Program-made: the position numbers and the translations under genes
Notes under the pieces: model-generated
What the model saw: only the letters and a program-made list of their open reading frames with translations
The model's database searches: none
Told to the model about the DNA's origin: nothing
Shown here: positions 26,711 through 36,488 of the stretch, one piece after another
Layout: every line of letters begins with the position of its first letter
Numbering within the stretch: the stretch's first letter is position 1
From: Bdellovibrionales bacterium Ga0074137
GTDB taxonomy: Bacteria; Bdellovibrionota; Bdellovibrionia; Bdellovibrionales; JAMPXM01
DNA length: 64,000 nt
Assembly (NCBI GenBank): GCA_001464715.1
Contig: LNDT01000025.1
Location: 86,612 to 150,611, forward strand
Reading direction: 5' to 3'

Positions 26711-27727
26711 TCACTCGCGGCGACGGAAGCTATCCATCTTTTTTCGACCGAAAGTCTGTTCGGCCATCATTAGATTGTGCGTGCGACAAAGCGCTCGAAG
26801 ATTTTCGATTGAGTTCTTTCCTCCAAGGGCGCGAGCGTGAATGTGATCGACTTCCAAAAGGTGGCGACTTTCGCAGCGGCGACCGTCAGGCGCTCGATAC
26901 TCACATTGACCGTCCGACTTTCTCAATACCAAGTTTCTTGTCGATGGTTTCACTGACCCCGTAGATTTCGTTATTGCAGCGATCTGGGAATCGCCCTTTG
27001 AGGTATTTGCTTTGCATTGATTCGACGGTGGTTTCGTACGCTCAAACACCGGTGCCACTTCCGCAGCGGTGTCGCCTTGCGCAAGACGCGGCCGAATGAC
27101 TTTTTTTAGTGGATCTTTCTTCTCAAGAAACGCGTCCATCGCGGCATCAAGAAGAGTCGCATTTGAAGCTTCGATGTCGGAATGGGACATGAGTTCCTGA
27201 ATTCGTTTGAGCTTGTCAAATTGTTCGCGGGTGAAGGTCACTTGGACGCTGATTTGATCTTGGCCCACGGCGCGAACTTTTTCTTTCACGGCCTCGGCCG
27301 CTAAGTCTGGAAAATGCTCAGCCAATCTAAATTCAGCTTCGCGGCCCGAGCAAGATTCGACTTTGGCCAAAATTTCAGACTTTGCCTGGACCGACATTTT
27401 CTCGCCAGTGCGCCTCTCGTCAGCACGGATCAAAGTTTGAACTTTTGAAAGCACGGTGAGACCAAGTTCTCCCGACTCTATTTTAACGGAAGCTTCCGGA
27501 ACCGCTTGAAGAATCCGCGCCGCCTGCATCCGTCGATACGCCGCCGATTCGCTATAACCCAAGTCTTTCACGAGCCAGTCAAAAAGTGACGAGTACCCAA
27601 GATCCGCAAAAAGCCTGCGCCGCGCGACTTCACCAATATGATCTAAAATTTCTCGTGTGATTCGCCGTTCTTCTTTCACAAGCGAGCGAACCGCCGAGAT
27701 CAATCCATCGTTTGAAAGTGCGATCAT
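26711..27727 (-). CDS. stand-alone HNH endonuclease (DUF222-like N-terminal region)
   Basis: HNH core CEYRAPDGRRCESRHLLEVDHIHARALGGKNSIENLRALCRTHN. The ATG at 27727 is preceded by GAGGAGG. Confidence 0.7.
   Translation of the reverse strand: MIALSNDGLISAVRSLVKEERRITREILDHIGEVARRRLFADLGYSSLFDWLVKDLGYSESAAYRRMQAARILQAVPEASVKIESGELGLTVLSKVQTLIRADERRTGEKMSVQAKSEILAKVESCSGREAEFRLAEHFPDLAAEAVKEKVRAVGQDQISVQVTFTREQFDKLKRIQELMSHSDIEASNATLLDAAMDAFLEKKDPLKKVIRPRLAQGDTAAEVAPVFERTKPPSNQCKANTSKGDSQIAAITKSTGSVKPSTRNLVLRKSDGQCEYRAPDGRRCESRHLLEVDHIHARALGGKNSIENLRALCRTHNLMMAEQTFGRKKMDSFRRRE
27056..27085 (+). repeat. dispersed 30-nt motif, copy A (inside the HNH gene)
   Basis: CACTTCCGCAGCGGTGTCGCCTTGCGCAAG. 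Contains the palindromes CCGCAGCGG and TTGCGCAA. Confidence 0.6.
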
Positions 27728-28042
27728 AAAAACCTCCTCTTGGTGAGAAAGTCCTATCATCGGTTTTTGGCGACAGATTTTTCGCTCGAGGTTCAGTCCT
27801 ATTTTGTTGCTGAAAGTGCCCATCGGCCGGGGCTCGACGGTCGCAGCCGCCGGCGATAGAGGCGTTTAATATCGGAATCAGAGGTGTCCGGGGAGAACTT
27901 TGAAATCGCGATCTGCAGTTTCGCAAATCGGTTCAAATCCACGTCAAACAATTTCGAACAGTAAGACCTGAGATTTAAGATCTGTCCGAGACTCGTCCTT
28001 GGCAGCCGCAACCTCAACTACTTCACCGCTTCACCGCAATTT

Positions 28043-28072
28043 CACTTCCGCAGCGGTGGCGATTTGCGCAAG
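28043..28072 (+). repeat. dispersed 30-nt motif, copy B (intergenic)
   Basis: CACTTCCGCAGCGGTGGCGATTTGCGCAAG. Confidence 0.6.
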
Positions 28073-28185
28073 GCGTGCGAGATATTAACTTCGCAGCCCT
28101 CGAATCTTCTCTAATTGGTCTTTTCTAACTGGTTTTTTCCAAGCTGAAAAAATTGAAATCGAAGACTCCGAGCCGATTCGTATAT

Positions 28186-28836
28186 CTACTTCTCAGGTAA
28201 AGATCGCGGCGAATCCGCGCCGATCTGTGGTTGGACTTTGATATAGCCCTTTTGCAGCAGCAATTCTTTGAGTCGAATGAGCATCTGCTTATGATTCGCC
28301 TCGAAGATGCCAAAGGTCACACTTGGTTCCTTGGACACTCCAATGGAATCAAGCGGCGGAAGTACAATCACGTTCACAATGTAATCGGCTAGCGGAACGG
28401 AGTCGCCGCCAGGCGCGCCGATCGCGTTTGCATCAACATTGGGGGAACCGAGGTACTTAAATCCGTCAAAAATAGATTGAACAACTTGTTCAGAGTTCGC
28501 TTGCGAGAGATCGATGAAATCTTTGTGGTCCTCTTTTATCGAACTGCCACTTTGGTTCATATCCGGGACAGAGTCTCGCTTCCTCATCGGGCCTACTGAA
28601 TTGTAGCTCCCTCTGTGCGCGGAAACGTAGAGCACTGGCTTGTCGTTCAGCGACCTCGGAATTCCTAAGGCTTCCCGCTGGGTTTCGAAAGATGTCGCGG
28701 GACGAAATGCTGCGAGCCTTTGGAAATCCTCGCCACAAATTCGGCTTGGCAGATCTGCAGCGACGGAATCGTCAACAGTCAGCGAGATCGTGACCAAAAC
28801 GGCCAACGCTGTAAAAACGGTCCGCAAACACTGCAT
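28186..28836 (-). CDS. secreted hypothetical protein
   Basis: Signal-like MQCLRTVFTALAVLVTISLTV. No motif recognised. Confidence 0.45.
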   Translation of the reverse strand: MQCLRTVFTALAVLVTISLTVDDSVAADLPSRICGEDFQRLAAFRPATSFETQREALGIPRSLNDKPVLYVSAHRGSYNSVGPMRKRDSVPDMNQSGSSIKEDHKDFIDLSQANSEQVVQSIFDGFKYLGSPNVDANAIGAPGGDSVPLADYIVNVIVLPPLDSIGVSKEPSVTFGIFEANHKQMLIRLKELLLQKGYIKVQPQIGADSPRSLPEK

Positions 28837-28956
28837 AGGCTAAGCATCTCATGCGCCTAACAGACGGAACATAGCCAGAGTATTTCCAATACGATGGTCT
28901 ACGTACAACCGTCGGTCTCAAGAGTCTCGCTCCCACCAGTTCCACTGCGGATAGCG

Positions 28957-28974
28957 ACTTCCGGCGCCGGAAGT
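28957..28974. promoter_or_regulatory. perfect 18-bp palindrome upstream of gap (candidate operator)
   Basis: acttccggcgccggaagt, about 155 nt upstream of the gap start codon. Confidence 0.3.
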
Positions 28975-29129
28975 GACTAGCGATCACTCATAACGCGGCA
29001 AGTCGCCTGCGCTGGCTTGCGCCTCAGGGCGGCCGCGGGTAAACCGGGCCATTCTTAATTGGCAAATAAGGTCTGAAATGATCAGGCCAATAGGCCTCGA
29101 TAGCGTTTTTTAGAAAGGCTGCGATAGCA

Positions 29130-30179
29130 ATGGCAAAAGTGCGTGTTGGCATCAATGGTTTCGGTCGAATCGGTCGCGTTTTCTTTCGTGCGGTGATGAG
29201 CGATTTGGCTCAAAAAAAAGGTGGCGACGAGATCGAAATCGTCGGCATCAACGATCTTGGAAGCCCGCAGCTCGCGGCGCATCTTTTGAAGTACGATTCA
29301 ACTCACGGTGTGTTTCCGGGCGATGTCGCGATCGAAGGCGAAGGAGCGACAGCGAAACTTGTCGTGAATGGAAAAGCGATTTCACTTTCGGCGCAGAAAG
29401 ATCCTGGTCAAATTCCATGGAAAGCCATGGGAGCCGACATCGTCATCGATTGCACGGGTGTCTTTAACGACAAACGCGAAGAACTCATGAAGCACATTTC
29501 TGCGGGAGCGAAAAAAGTCATCGCGTCGGCACCTGCGAAAGCGGCGGATGTCACAATCGTTTACGGCCTCAATCACCAATCGTACGATCCAGCCAAACAC
29601 CATATTCTTTCGAACGCTTCGTGCACGACCAACTGCTTGGCGCCAATCGCAAAAGTTTTGAATGAAACTTTCGGCATCGACCGTGGTCTTATGACGACGG
29701 TTCATGCGTTCACGAATGATCAATCTGTTTTGGATGCTCCTCACAAAGATCTTCGCCGCGCGCGAACAGCTTCGGCGTCGATCATTCCGACAACGACCGG
29801 AGCTGCGAAGGCCGTGGCCGAAGTGATGCCCGAGCTCAAAGGCCGCTTGGATGGAACTTCGGTTCGCGTTCCGACAACAAACGTGTCGCTGGTGGATCTG
29901 ACGTTCACGTCGAATAAAGACATGACTGTGGAAAGTGTGAATCAAGCTTTGAAAGCGGCGGCGACATCGGGTCCGTTCAAAGGTGTTCTTCACTGTGAAG
30001 CGGCACCGCTGGTGTCGATCGATTTCAACGGAAGTCCTTTTTCGTCGATCGTCGATCTGCAAAGCACGATGGTTTCCGGAACTCGCATGGCGAAGATTTT
30101 TTCTTGGTACGACAATGAAACTGGATTCTCGACACGCCTCGTGGATCTTGCCAAACACATGGCACAAAAAGGCTTATAG
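29130..30179 (+). CDS. gap: glyceraldehyde-3-phosphate dehydrogenase, type I
   Basis: INGFGRIGR, SNASCTTNCLAP and WYDNE motifs. Confidence 0.95.
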   Translation: MAKVRVGINGFGRIGRVFFRAVMSDLAQKKGGDEIEIVGINDLGSPQLAAHLLKYDSTHGVFPGDVAIEGEGATAKLVVNGKAISLSAQKDPGQIPWKAMGADIVIDCTGVFNDKREELMKHISAGAKKVIASAPAKAADVTIVYGLNHQSYDPAKHHILSNASCTTNCLAPIAKVLNETFGIDRGLMTTVHAFTNDQSVLDAPHKDLRRARTASASIIPTTTGAAKAVAEVMPELKGRLDGTSVRVPTTNVSLVDLTFTSNKDMTVESVNQALKAAATSGPFKGVLHCEAAPLVSIDFNGSPFSSIVDLQSTMVSGTRMAKIFSWYDNETGFSTRLVDLAKHMAQKGL

Positions 30180-30182
30180 ACA

Positions 30183-31463
30183 ATGACGACACGTCCGGGT
30201 GCTGGTTTCGGGAAAACGCTTTCGGGTCTTCAAGGAATAAAGTCCATCGAGGATTTTGAACTGAAAGATCAGCGCGTTTTCATTCGTCTCGATTTGAATG
30301 TTCCTATGTCGGGCGAAGCCGGCGCGCTTGAAATTACGGACGACACACGCATTCGCGCAGCTCTTCCGACGGTGAAGTACGCTCTTGAAAAAGGCGCGAA
30401 GGTCATTTTGGCGTCGCACCTGGGCCGTCCTGAGAAAGACGAAGACCGTGCGAAATTTACGCTTGAACCGGTGGCCGAGCGCTTGGGCGAGCTTCTAAAG
30501 TGTGAAGTGATCTTGATTGAAGAGCCAAATTCGGATGCGCCGAAAGCTTTGCTCTCGGGCTTAAAGCCAAATCAGCTTTTGCTTTTAGAGAATCTTCGAT
30601 TCGATGTCGGTGAAACGAAAAATGCGCCGGAACTTGCGAACACGATCGCAAGCTACACGGACATCTACATTAACGACGCGTTCGGAGCTTCGCACCGCGC
30701 GCACGCGACGATCGACGCTTTGCCAAAGCTCATCGCGAAACGCGGCTGTGGATTTTTGATCAAAAAAGAAATCGAAAATTTAAGTGGTCTTTTGGCGGGC
30801 CCGGCGAAGCCGTTTTTGGCGATCATGGGCGGCGCGAAAGTTTCTGACAAAATCAAAGTCATCGAAAAGATGATTGAATCCATCGATACGTTCATGATCG
30901 GTGGCGCGATGTCTTACACGTTCTTGGCCGCAAAAGGTCTTGGCGTTGGTAAATCGCGGGTTGAAAAAGACAAAATCGCTTTTGCCCGAGAACTCATGGA
31001 ACGGATCGAAGCGCGCGGACGAAAAGTTCTTTTGCCGGTGGATCACATCGTTGCGGATGATTTCCTGGCGCCGACCAAGATTGAAACAATCAGTGGCGAA
31101 TCAATCCCTGAAGATCGCTTGGGACTTGATATAGGTCCGAAGACGCGCGCGATGTACCGCGAAGAAATTTTGCGCGCGAAAACTGTTTTCTGGAATGGCC
31201 CCATGGGCGTTTTTGAAAAGCCTGAGTTCGCAAAAGGATCTTTCGCCGTGGCCGAAGCGTTGGCGGGGCTTGTTGCAAAAGGTGGAATTTCAATTGTTGG
31301 CGGCGGGGACTCTGCGGCCGCAGCTGAAGCTTCAGGCTTTGCCGATCAAATGACCCATATTTCGACCGGCGGCGGAGCATCGCTTGAGTACTTGGAAGGC
31401 GCTAAACTTCCAGGTCTTGAAGCGCTTCGCACCGTTCGCGAATCTGCCGCACCAAGTTTGTAG
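30183..31463 (+). CDS. pgk: phosphoglycerate kinase
   Basis: RLDLNVP, ASHLGRP, FGASHRAH and GGGDSAAA motifs. There is an N-terminal extension of about 25 aa if the ATG at 30183 is used. Confidence 0.95.
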   Translation: MTTRPGAGFGKTLSGLQGIKSIEDFELKDQRVFIRLDLNVPMSGEAGALEITDDTRIRAALPTVKYALEKGAKVILASHLGRPEKDEDRAKFTLEPVAERLGELLKCEVILIEEPNSDAPKALLSGLKPNQLLLLENLRFDVGETKNAPELANTIASYTDIYINDAFGASHRAHATIDALPKLIAKRGCGFLIKKEIENLSGLLAGPAKPFLAIMGGAKVSDKIKVIEKMIESIDTFMIGGAMSYTFLAAKGLGVGKSRVEKDKIAFARELMERIEARGRKVLLPVDHIVADDFLAPTKIETISGESIPEDRLGLDIGPKTRAMYREEILRAKTVFWNGPMGVFEKPEFAKGSFAVAEALAGLVAKGGISIVGGGDSAAAAEASGFADQMTHISTGGGASLEYLEGAKLPGLEALRTVRESAAPSL

Positions 31464-31529
31464 AGTCCTTCAGCCCGTGCCGCCTTCGGGCGGCCGCGCC
31501 GCCGACCACGACTATTATAGGAGCACTCA

Positions 31530-32399
31530 ATGAGAGATTTCATTCTCGCTGCGAACTGGAAATTAAATAAAACGCCCAGCGAAGCGAGCCAGTTTTTTCG
31601 CGACTTTAATGAGAAGCTTGAAGATCGACTTTCGCTTCCGCCGACGGCGGGTGGGGAGTCGCGCGATATCCGCGGTTTCGGTGAGGGCCCCAATGGCGGT
31701 CGTCGTCGGATTGTGTTTTTCGTTCCTGCGTTGCTTGTTGCGACCAGCGAACAGGTCGTTAAGGATACTGGGCTTGAAATTGGTGGACAGAATATTTGGG
31801 TTGAAACCAAAGGGGCTTTCACCGGAGAAAACTCGAGTGATGTTTTAAGTGCGATGGGTGCTGCTTGGGCCTTGGTGGGTCACAGCGAGCGTCGTTCCAT
31901 TTTTGGTGAAACCGACAAACACACCGCTCAGAAAATGAAGACCGCACTCGCCAGCGGACTCTCTGCGATGCTTTGTGTGGGAGAAACTTTGGCGGAGCGT
32001 GAAGCCGGCGATAATTTGAAGGTCGTCTTCCGTCAGCTCGAAGAAGGATTGTCGTTAATTACCGATGTGATCGCGAAAGATCCGTCGCGTGTAGCGATTG
32101 CGTATGAACCTGTGTGGGCGATCGGAACTGGAAAAGTCGCGACGCCTGAGCAAGCGTCCGAAGTTCACCAAGCTTTGCGAAAGCGCTTGGCGGAGTTCCT
32201 TGGAAAATCTAATGCCGGCAGCGCCGCCAGCGGAACGACTTCAGCCAGTGGAACTGCTGTGGCGGCTGAGATCGCGCTTCTTTACGGTGGAAGTGTGAAG
32301 CCCGACAATGCTAAAGCCTTGGGTTTAAAACCCGACATCGACGGTTTTTTGGTGGGCGGCGCTTCGCTGGAACCAGATTCATTTTTGGGCCTATTTTAA
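31530..32399 (+). CDS. tpiA: triosephosphate isomerase (with two low-complexity insertions)
   Basis: ANWKLNKT, VGHSERR, AYEPVWAIGTG and YGGSVKPDN motifs. At 289 aa it is longer than the usual ~250 aa. Confidence 0.9.
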   Translation: MRDFILAANWKLNKTPSEASQFFRDFNEKLEDRLSLPPTAGGESRDIRGFGEGPNGGRRRIVFFVPALLVATSEQVVKDTGLEIGGQNIWVETKGAFTGENSSDVLSAMGAAWALVGHSERRSIFGETDKHTAQKMKTALASGLSAMLCVGETLAEREAGDNLKVVFRQLEEGLSLITDVIAKDPSRVAIAYEPVWAIGTGKVATPEQASEVHQALRKRLAEFLGKSNAGSAASGTTSASGTAVAAEIALLYGGSVKPDNAKALGLKPDIDGFLVGGASLEPDSFLGLF

Positions 32400-32727
32400 A
32401 TTCGTCCCAGAATTGACTGTCAGATTTTGAGACAGTCGGTGTCGTCACATTATAACGCGAAGCATCAAGATACTGTGGTAGCTCGCGAATGTGAAATCCA
32501 CCTTGAGTCCGTTTCATGGCGGCACATGAGTCAAAAAGCGCCTCTCGAATATGGTGATGTTGGTGCCCCCAAAATCGTGAGAAAATAGACGCGGGTAAGA
32601 GAGACGTCGTCCTAAATTCGAATCGAAGTCGCAATCCAGCGGCACGTTGAGTGCAAACCTTCTTTGTGAAGTTTGATCCCAACAAGCCACGCTGAAGAGA
32701 AGCGAGCTTCGAATTCGAGAAGGATGA

Positions 32728-33156
32728 TTGTTCATGAGAAGGTCTAAAAATTTAAATAGTAATTTAAATGGGCGTCTAAACGGCGTTGCGCTTAAAACGC
32801 GAAGCCTCGAACACGCACTTCAAATTTCATTCGGTGGTCAGACGACGGCAAACCGTTCGACCAACTCTGCTGAGTCTTCACAGTCTGCGTGGTCGCATGT
32901 TCGGCGCTGTCATAAGTGCGGTCACATTAGCGAATCAACAGGCGAGCGCGTTCTTAAATGCGATTCGTGCGCAACTAATTTTGCTCCGTTCTTTTTTGCT
33001 GAGCTCACACCAGAGGCGATTGTCCAGGCCGTGAAAACTCAAAGCCGTGATATGTCGATCGCTAACACAGCGTCTCCGACGTCGCTCGCATTTTCGACAG
33101 CGCGAAACTACCGCGCGGTCGTTGGCCTCACGTGGTGGTGGTCGGACGCCGATTAA
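32728..33156 (+). CDS. hypothetical zinc-ribbon protein
   Basis: CHKCGH...CDSCATNF Cys4 motif. No other support. Confidence 0.3.
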   Translation: MFMRRSKNLNSNLNGRLNGVALKTRSLEHALQISFGGQTTANRSTNSAESSQSAWSHVRRCHKCGHISESTGERVLKCDSCATNFAPFFFAELTPEAIVQAVKTQSRDMSIANTASPTSLAFSTARNYRAVVGLTWWWSDAD

Positions 33157-33253
33157 TTCGGCCTCGAGGAGCAACCGCACGGCATAGACAAACCGCAACA
33201 TGTCGAGAAGTTAGGTTGCCCTGGCCTCTTGCTTCGTCGAAAACTGAAGCTCT

Positions 33254-34561
33254 ATGGAGCGAAAACTCAATCCGACCGCCACCGATCTCAATCTCACCAT
33301 CGACGACATTCGAGCAGCGCGAGCGGTGATCGAAAATCGCGTGCGGCGAACGCCACTTCGCGAAGCTCCGTTTGCAGTCTCGCGGGCACCTGCCGGTGCA
33401 AAAGTTTACCTAAAATTTGAAAACGAACAGCTCACGGGAAGTTTTAAAATTCGCGGAGCGATGAATACGATGCTCTCGCTTTCAAAAGAAGAGCGCGAGC
33501 GCGGCGTCGTTGCAAGTTCGGCGGGAAATCACGCTCAAGGGGTTGCGTATGGAGCGAAAGTCGTTGGTGCAAAAGCCCACATCGTGATGCCCGAAACGGC
33601 TCCGATTGTGAAAATTAACGCCACACGCTCTCACGGTGCTGAAGTCATTTTGCACGGCGAAGTCTACGACGATGCTTTTGCAAAAGCTTTGGAGCTTGAA
33701 AAAGAGAACGGTTGGATTTTTGTTCATCCTTACTTAGATCGTCGCGTGATCGCAGGCCAAGGAACGATCGGTCTTGAAATTCTAGAAGACCTTCCCAACG
33801 TCGATACAATCGTTGTTCCTATCGGAGGCGGCGGATTGATCAGTGGTATTGCTCTGGCTGCGAAAGCATTAAAGCCTTCGATTCGCATTGTTGGCGTTGT
33901 CTCGGATCAAGCGCCGATGATGCGCCGACTTTTTCAAGGTGAAACGTTTGAGGCAATTCAAGCCGAGCGTCTTAAGGCGAACGGCTCGCGCCCGAAACGT
34001 GTCACGACCATTGCCGAGGGAATCGCTATAAAAAATGCGAACCCGATCATGTTTGAAACTCACATTAAAAAGCTTGTCGATGAAATCGTCGAAGTTAGCG
34101 ACGACGAAGTTGCCGCCGCCATCGTCGCACTTTTAGAAAAAGCCAAGACAGTGACGGAAGGCGCGGGGGCGTCGGGCCTTGCGGCCGTGATGGCTGGTAA
34201 AATTCAAAGTTCCCCGAAATTAAAGCCTGGTCAGGTCGAAAACATGGCCGTGGTGTTGTGCGGTGGCAACATCGATCTCAACGTTATGTCTCGAGTGATC
34301 GAAAGCGGTCTTCGCCACGATCACCGTTTGGCGCGAATTGCACTTGTCGTTGATGATCTGCCGGGAAATCTGCAACGAATTACGACAGTGATGGCCGAAG
34401 AGCGCGCCAACGTGCTTGAGGTTTACCATGACCGCGTTTCCCCAGAGCTTGCACTTCGAGAAACTCGCATCGATTTTCTGGTTGAGACTTCGAATCAAGA
34501 GCAGATCGATCGGCTTCACAAGGCACTTCGTGCTCAGGGCTTCCGCGTTTTAGGCAGGTAA
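33254..34561 (+). CDS. ilvA: threonine ammonia-lyase (PLP-dependent, with a C-terminal ACT-like domain)
   Basis: PLP-lysine motif SFKIRGA, SSAGNHAQG, and the glycine loop PIGGGGLISG. Confidence 0.85.
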   Translation: MERKLNPTATDLNLTIDDIRAARAVIENRVRRTPLREAPFAVSRAPAGAKVYLKFENEQLTGSFKIRGAMNTMLSLSKEERERGVVASSAGNHAQGVAYGAKVVGAKAHIVMPETAPIVKINATRSHGAEVILHGEVYDDAFAKALELEKENGWIFVHPYLDRRVIAGQGTIGLEILEDLPNVDTIVVPIGGGGLISGIALAAKALKPSIRIVGVVSDQAPMMRRLFQGETFEAIQAERLKANGSRPKRVTTIAEGIAIKNANPIMFETHIKKLVDEIVEVSDDEVAAAIVALLEKAKTVTEGAGASGLAAVMAGKIQSSPKLKPGQVENMAVVLCGGNIDLNVMSRVIESGLRHDHRLARIALVVDDLPGNLQRITTVMAEERANVLEVYHDRVSPELALRETRIDFLVETSNQEQIDRLHKALRAQGFRVLGR

Positions 34562-34654
34562 ATTTGTCGGGCGACGCGTTGTCGACTTGACCCCTTGGCT
34601 GCCATTCCTGGTAGGACTTTAGAGATGCTCGAACGTCTCACCGAGAAACCTGAC

Positions 34655-35389
34655 ATGACGCGATCTCAGAACAAATCCAGCGACTCAAAATCCACCAAGT
34701 CCGCTCAAGGTGGATCTTTGATGGGCGTTGTAACGATCGACGGACCCGCGGCGAGCGGAAAGTCGTCCGTTTCGCGCGAGCTTGCAAGGCGACTTCAGTG
34801 GGACTGGGTTTCAACGGGAACGTTTTACCGCGGTCTTGCGTGGGCTGCGAACGAGGCTGGACTTGATCTTAATGACGAAGCCGCGATCGTACTTTTCTCC
34901 GAGAGCGATCGTTGGGAAGTTCGTCTGACGGCTCAAACGACACGCTTTGTTTTCGAAAATGTCGATCGCACCGATGATATCGGAAAAGAATCCGTGGGCG
35001 CTCTTGCTTCGAAAATCTCCTCTTACCCAAAAGTTCGGTTGGCTCTGCTTGAAGCGCAGCGAGCTTGTTCGGGAACCGGCCGGGGCCTCATTGCCGAAGG
35101 TCGCGACTGCGGAACTGTTGTATTTCCAAACGCTGACGTGAAGGTTTTTTTAACGGCGAAAGCCGCTGACCGCGCTCAGCGCCGCGCCCTCGAAGAAGGT
35201 CGATCGCTGGAAGCGACAATCAGCGATCAAGAGCGACGCGACCACCAAGATGCGAGCCGAACCGCGGCGCCGATGATCGCCTCAGAAGGGGCCTACCAGC
35301 TCGATACGACAGGGCTCACTTTGGAAGCCGTCGTCGACCAGATCGAGGCTCTTGTGCGAAAGACCCTAAGTCCCCAGCCAACGGTTTAG
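34655..35389 (+). CDS. cmk: cytidylate kinase
   Basis: IDGPAASGKSSV P-loop and STGTFYRGLA. The start is uncertain: TTG 34595, or ATG at 34625, 34655 or 34721. Confidence 0.85.
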   Translation: MTRSQNKSSDSKSTKSAQGGSLMGVVTIDGPAASGKSSVSRELARRLQWDWVSTGTFYRGLAWAANEAGLDLNDEAAIVLFSESDRWEVRLTAQTTRFVFENVDRTDDIGKESVGALASKISSYPKVRLALLEAQRACSGTGRGLIAEGRDCGTVVFPNADVKVFLTAKAADRAQRRALEEGRSLEATISDQERRDHQDASRTAAPMIASEGAYQLDTTGLTLEAVVDQIEALVRKTLSPQPTV

Positions 35390-35412
35390 GCGCTGGGCAG
35401 TCTTTTCAAAAG

Positions 35413-36273
35413 ATGGCCACCTCCGCGATCCGCCCCTTGCCATGGTTAACGCAACGCAATAGTTTGCGTTCCATGAACCATAAAGCCAAGTTCCGCCGCG
35501 ACCGAGAGTGGCGGTGTTTTAGTCAGCGCCTCTGGGCTGTTTTACTTTTTGCGGTGGCCCTTTTGTTGGGTCTGAAAGCACAGACTGAAACCTGTGACTC
35601 GCTGTTTTCTGAAGCGCGCACCACTTTGGATTTTTACAACGCCAATGCCGCCAACTACCGACAGACTCGCTCGCACGTGAGCCCCGAACTACAAAAGCAG
35701 CGCCTACGTTTTGAAGCGCTTTTGAAAATTAACGGGGCCTTAAAAAGAACCAGCGATCAAGTTTCGGTCCTTGAAGTTGGCTCAGGACACGGGCGGGATG
35801 CCAAGTATTTTGCGGAACGCGGGATTCATATTGTAGCGACCGAACCCTCGGCGGCTCTAGCGAAAATCGCCGAAATGCACACGGGGCGGTCCGTACTTCA
35901 AGTGCGCGCTCAGGACATTCGCGGTTTCCAAAATCATTTTGATGGAGTTTGGGCTGCGGCGTCTTTAATTCACGTACCGACCGCCGAACTTCCGATGATT
36001 TTTAAAAATTTGACGGCCGGTTTGAAAGTCGGTGGGGTCATTCACGCAAGCTTCATAAAGGGCGTCGGGACTCCCGATATCCCTGAAACTCTATCTGACG
36101 GAAGGTACTTTAACCGCGTGTCGGAGGCGACTTTGCGCCGGATTGTCGGAGAGATTCCCGGTCTTCGCGTGATCGAAAAGTTAACTGGCAGCGAGAGCGA
36201 CGACTATTTCGGTGCGGCCGCGCCCACCAGCACGTTTGGTTTCTTCAATCTGTACCTCGTTCGTGAGTTCTAG
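35413..36273 (+). CDS. class I SAM-dependent methyltransferase with a hydrophobic N-terminal segment
   Basis: Motif I VLEVGSGHGRDA. N-terminal LWAVLLFAVALLLGL. The start is uncertain. Confidence 0.6.
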   Translation: MATSAIRPLPWLTQRNSLRSMNHKAKFRRDREWRCFSQRLWAVLLFAVALLLGLKAQTETCDSLFSEARTTLDFYNANAANYRQTRSHVSPELQKQRLRFEALLKINGALKRTSDQVSVLEVGSGHGRDAKYFAERGIHIVATEPSAALAKIAEMHTGRSVLQVRAQDIRGFQNHFDGVWAAASLIHVPTAELPMIFKNLTAGLKVGGVIHASFIKGVGTPDIPETLSDGRYFNRVSEATLRRIVGEIPGLRVIEKLTGSESDDYFGAAAPTSTFGFFNLYLVREF

Positions 36274-36488
36274 AGCATCGAGAGCACGTCTTTTCACCTC
36301 GACCTAGCTAGGCAAAAAATGCAGCGCGTCGCCTTAGAGCATCGTGGGCTTTGACTCCGCGCAAACCCCCGCCGATAACCGTTTCAGTCCGAAAAATGGG
36401 ACCGCGCTGCGAGTATGAGACCCGAGTTATGAACGGGTGGGCATCCGCTTCCAGAGCCTGTTTTTCGCAAGGAGGACCAACAAATTAT

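Noticed and set aside
29382-30167. 261-aa minus-strand ORF
   Set aside because: It is antisense to gap. It is Arg-rich, and nonsense-free only because of the GC3 bias of the sense gene.
32311-32685. 124-aa minus-strand ORF
   Set aside because: It overlaps the 3' end of tpiA by about 90 nt. It has an odd composition (HQHHH, Arg-rich tail) and no RBS.
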